From a virus (lineage: Duplodnaviria > Caudoviricetes), in IMG/VR virus record IMGVR_UViG_3300031452_000171, positions 1-28,789 of that record: a stretch of 28,789 bases of DNA; one strand, written 5' to 3'. The notes below the pieces were generated by a model, which was not told the origin of the DNA, did not search any database, and saw nothing but the letters and a program-made list of their open reading frames with translations. The position numbers were made by a program, and so were the translations under genes. How positions within the stretch are numbered: the first letter of the stretch is position 1; each line of letters opens with the position of its first letter. Of this stretch, positions 25,823-28,789 are shown in pieces.

Positions 25823-27079
25823 TTAACGGCCGGACTGAGCCGCATCGATCGCCGCGGCCAGCGCCCGCTCGGTCGCCGCCTCGCTCCAATGTTCTCCTGC
25901 CCAGCGAACCCGGTGGGCGCCGTCGTCGCGCACCCGTCCGGCATCGTCCCAGGCCGCTACCATCGCCCGCGCGTATTCGGACGGTTCCGCCGCAGCCAGC
26001 AGCAGCGGCGCGTCTTCGAGCCCCTCCGCTGCAATGGGCGTGCAGACACACGGGACGCCATGCGCGAGCGCGCTGACCACCTTGCCCTTTATGCCCGCGC
26101 CATAGCGCAGCGGCGCCACCGCCAGCCGCGCCTCCGCCCAACACGCCGCCAAATCTGTGGCGTCCGGCACGATCGCCACTCGCTCGGAGGCGGCATCGCG
26201 CAACCAGCCCGGCACATCCCTGCCGACCACGCGCAGCCGCAGCTCAGGCCGCTGCGCCCAAACTCGCGGCATCACCTCCGCCAGCAGCCACGCGGCCGCA
26301 TCGACGTTCGGGGCATGTCCGAAGCCGCCCAGGAACATGACGTCGCCCTGGGCCATGCCGCGCCGGCCACCCGGAACGGCCCACGGCACAACATGCGCGG
26401 CAACCCCGGCCTCAGCCAACAGGGCCGCCTCATAATCAGAGTGAGTGACCACGACGGCGTGGCGGGCGGCGGTCAACTCGGCGGCTTCCAGGCCCTCCGG
26501 CACCGGATGGCCGGTGACCGCGAAGCGCCGGCGTGCCCGCAGTCCATGCAGGTCGCCGACGCCATAGAGGACCATCACCCCCGGATTGGCCGCCCGCACC
26601 GCCGGCATCCACGCCGTGCTCGCGAGGCGGTGGAGGTAGGCCAGGCGAACCTGTCCGGCATGAGCGGCCAGCGCTGCCTCGACGGCGCCGTGGGCCACCA
26701 CCGTCACCGCAAACCCGAGTCGCTCCAGCGCCGCGACATGCGACAGCGCCGCTTCGGCACCGGCATCGCGCCCAGCCACCGGCAGCGACTGGTCCACAAA
26801 CAGCGCCAGCGGCCTGCCGCTGTCCGGCTGCCATCGATGCCGGCGCGAAGCCGCCACACAGACGCCCGCAAACCCCTCCACGGTAACTTCCGCGCCAGGC
26901 CGCAGCGGCGGGTCGAACCAAAGCTCGAACGCCTGGCCGCCGACCACGGCCAGGTCGGGGCGGTCCTCGTTGGCCGTGGCGATGCCTGCCGGCGCGCCAT
27001 CGACCCGGACAGCCAGCCGCGCTCCCGCCGCCGCCCAGCCGGCCACGCCGATGCGGTCGATGCGTTCGAGGTTGCCTAT
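25823..27079 (-). CDS. GT-B (family 4-like) glycosyltransferase; start uncertain
   Basis: MFLGGFGHAPNVDAA..VAPLRYGAGIKGKVVSALAHGVPCVCTPIAAEG; upstream DAG..; frame continues up to the nudK stop. Confidence 0.85.
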   Translation of the reverse strand: MGNLERIDRIGVAGWAAAGARLAVRVDGAPAGIATANEDRPDLAVVGGQAFELWFDPPLRPGAEVTVEGFAGVCVAASRRHRWQPDSGRPLALFVDQSLPVAGRDAGAEAALSHVAALERLGFAVTVVAHGAVEAALAAHAGQVRLAYLHRLASTAWMPAVRAANPGVMVLYGVGDLHGLRARRRFAVTGHPVPEGLEAAELTAARHAVVVTHSDYEAALLAEAGVAAHVVPWAVPGGRRGMAQGDVMFLGGFGHAPNVDAAAWLLAEVMPRVWAQRPELRLRVVGRDVPGWLRDAASERVAIVPDATDLAACWAEARLAVAPLRYGAGIKGKVVSALAHGVPCVCTPIAAEGLEDAPLLLAAAEPSEYARAMVAAWDDAGRVRDDGAHRVRWAGEHWSEAATERALAAAIDAAQSGR

Positions 27080-27729
27080 CCGTGCAGCTCGGCAGGGTTC
27101 AGCTTGGCCCAGAACAGCAGCATGATGGTCTTCGCATCGGCGATCTCGCCGCGCGCCACCATCTCCAGCGCCGCGTCCAACGTCGGCTCCAGGATCACGA
27201 TGTCCTCGCCCTCCTCCGCCAAGCCGCCCCCGGAGCCGGTCCGATCGGCCGCGTTGTAGGTCGCGAAGAAGCAGATCACGCGCTCGGTCGTGCTGCCGGG
27301 ACTGCTGAAGAACTCCAGCACGCGACGCGGTTGCGCCACGCGCACCCCCGCCTCCTCCTCCGCCTCGGCCTTGATCGCCACCTCGGGCGAGCGCCCGCTC
27401 TGCTCGTGGTCGTCGATCATCCCGGCCGGCGCCTCGATCGTCCAGCCGAGGCGGGCATCGGGCGCCATCCGCGACGGCGGGTTCACGTAGGCGGGGTAAC
27501 GGAACTGCTGCACCAGCAGCACGCAACCGCGCTGCGGGTCGAACAGCAGGATCGCGGCGCCATTGCCGTGGTCGTAGGTCTCGCGCTTCAGCCGCGTCCA
27601 GCGCCCGTCGCGCCGGCGATAGTCGAACTCGGTCTGCCGCAGCACCGAGAACCCGGTCGCCGCGACCTGCTCGACACCCAAAATCCGCACCCGCTCCTGC
27701 TCATCTGCCGCGTCGTTCACGCTTTGCAT
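27076..27729 (-). CDS. nudK: Nudix hydrolase, GDP-mannose pyrophosphatase NudK/ADP-ribose pyrophosphatase-like
   Basis: RETYDHGNGAAILL..LLVQQFRYP..EAPAGMID..EAEEEAG..SPG..EEGEDI..IADAKTI. Confidence 0.85.
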   Translation of the reverse strand: MQSVNDAADEQERVRILGVEQVAATGFSVLRQTEFDYRRRDGRWTRLKRETYDHGNGAAILLFDPQRGCVLLVQQFRYPAYVNPPSRMAPDARLGWTIEAPAGMIDDHEQSGRSPEVAIKAEAEEEAGVRVAQPRRVLEFFSSPGSTTERVICFFATYNAADRTGSGGGLAEEGEDIVILEPTLDAALEMVARGEIADAKTIMLLFWAKLNPAELHG

Positions 27730-28181
27730 CGCATCTCCTGATCGAGGCGGTTGAGGATGCGCACGATAGTGTCGATCCCCTCGGCGTGCCAGCGCTGCAC
27801 CGCACGATGGTCGGCGCCCAGCAAGCCGCCGAGCCGCCGCCAGCTGAACATGTGCCGCTCGGTCGAGGGGCTCACCAACGCCCGCGCCCCGACGATGCGG
27901 CGCAGCACGTAGCGGTCGTTGGGGATATGGCCGAGCCAGGCCCAGGCCTCGTCCATGGCGCCGACCTTCGCCGGCGAGGGCATCGGTAGCCGCAGCCGCC
28001 GGTCCGGGGTGGTGTCAGCCTCAACACAGGCGGCACGCACCACTTCCAAGGCCGACGTGCGCAGCCGGGTCGATGGGCCGATGTTGGGCAGGCACAGCAG
28101 CGTGGTGCCGGCCTCCTCCAGCCGCGCCAGCACATAGGCGGCATTCACCGCGCCGGTACTCACGCCTGCACCGTGGGCCAT
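27717..28181 (-). CDS. DUF6362-like protein, putative phage-type transcription regulator (154 aa)
   Basis: RLEEAGTTLLCLP..PSPAKVGAMDEAWAWL..RRIV..SWRRLGGLLGADHRAVQRWHAEG with a C-terminal HTH-like segment. Family recognised from memory. Confidence 0.7.
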   Translation of the reverse strand: MAHGAGVSTGAVNAAYVLARLEEAGTTLLCLPNIGPSTRLRTSALEVVRAACVEADTTPDRRLRLPMPSPAKVGAMDEAWAWLGHIPNDRYVLRRIVGARALVSPSTERHMFSWRRLGGLLGADHRAVQRWHAEGIDTIVRILNRLDQEMRCKA

Positions 28182-28339
28182 GCCTGCACTGCGGACCTCT
28201 CCACGGAACCCCATCCCGGCCAGCACAACCCCGCCAGGATGGTGCCATCGACCAGCAGGTCCCAGCATTGCGGATCGCCCGCCGGCAGCGGCGCCCGTTG
28301 CGGGTCACCGATCAAACCATCCAGCTCCGACTTGGCCAT
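28160..28339 (-). CDS. Small hypothetical protein (59 aa)
   Basis: ATG at 28339 with GGAGG RBS, just downstream of the predicted promoter; overlaps the DUF6362-like start. Confidence 0.55.
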   Translation of the reverse strand: MAKSELDGLIGDPQRAPLPAGDPQCWDLLVDGTILAGLCWPGWGSVERSAVQAWPTVQA

Positions 28340-28365
28340 GGCAGCCTCCCCCGACACACCAGAGT

Positions 28366-28434
28366 TAGTTAGCTGTGATAACTTTTCTGGTCAAGCAGAA
28401 TAACATTGTTTGGTTAGAAAGACTGACTTACACT
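28366..28434. promoter_or_regulatory. Divergent promoter pair with three operator-like inverted repeats
   Basis: Minus: TTGACC (28394-28389), N17, TAACTA (28371-28366). Plus: TTGTTT (28406-28411), N17, TACACT (28429-28434). Boxes GTTA-N7-TAAC 28368-28382, GTCA-N7-TAAC 28390-28404, GTTA-N7-TGAC 28413-28427. Confidence 0.65.
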
Positions 28435-28441
28435 CGTCGGC

Positions 28442-28789
28442 ATGGAACAGGTCGCCGCCGGTGCGCGTATCCGTGATGCCCGCCGGGCGCGCGGCATGAC
28501 CCAGGCCGACCTGGCCGCCGCGATCGGCGTCAGCCGCAGCGCGGTGGCGCAGTGGGAGACCGACCGCGCCGGCCAGGTCACCGTCAACCTCTCCCGCATC
28601 GCCTCGGTTCTGGGCGTGCCGGTGGCGCATATCATCGCCGGCGAAGCCACCAGCAACGTGGTGACCGCGGATGGGTCGGAGCTGGCGTTGCTCCGCCTCT
28701 ACCGCGACTGCAACCCAACCGACCGTCAGCTTCTGCTGCGCACCGCGGTCCGCCTCGCGCGCGGCGCTATCCCTGCGAGCGAGGCTTAG
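28442..28789 (+). CDS. XRE/Cro-CI family HTH repressor (115 aa)
   Basis: GARIRDARRARGMTQADLAAAIGVSRSAVAQWE HTH_3 motif; short helical C-terminus; no S24 peptidase domain. Confidence 0.92.
   Translation: MEQVAAGARIRDARRARGMTQADLAAAIGVSRSAVAQWETDRAGQVTVNLSRIASVLGVPVAHIIAGEATSNVVTADGSELALLRLYRDCNPTDRQLLLRTAVRLARGAIPASEA

Overview
High-GC window, probably from an alphaproteobacterium; the gene set resembles clusters I recall from Acetobacteraceae (inference). About 24.7 kb (1-24748) is one tightly coupled minus-strand operon encoding a near-complete myovirus-type particle: large terminase, portal, scaffold, capsid, neck, sheath, tube, a G/G-T chaperone with an A_AAA_AAC -1 frameshift site, a Pro/Ala-rich protein in the tape-measure slot, a P2/Mu-like baseplate, three fibre/spike proteins and a lysis cassette. 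No integrase, replication gene, small terminase, prohead protease or att site is visible. Host-type genes (rlpA, glycosyltransferase, NudK-like Nudix hydrolase) separate the operon from a divergent switch: a short XRE repressor, a DUF6362-like gene and three spaced GTYA-N7-TRAC boxes, with a near-copy of the box over the terminase promoter. The best hypothesis is a domesticated, repressor-controlled, contractile-tailed gene-transfer-agent-like element; a decaying prophage is the alternative. Other oddities: a signal-peptide-bearing tailspike, an exact 55-bp tandem duplication that fuses endolysin to holin, and a probable in-frame deletion in the portal. Family names come from motif recognition and gene order, not database searches.
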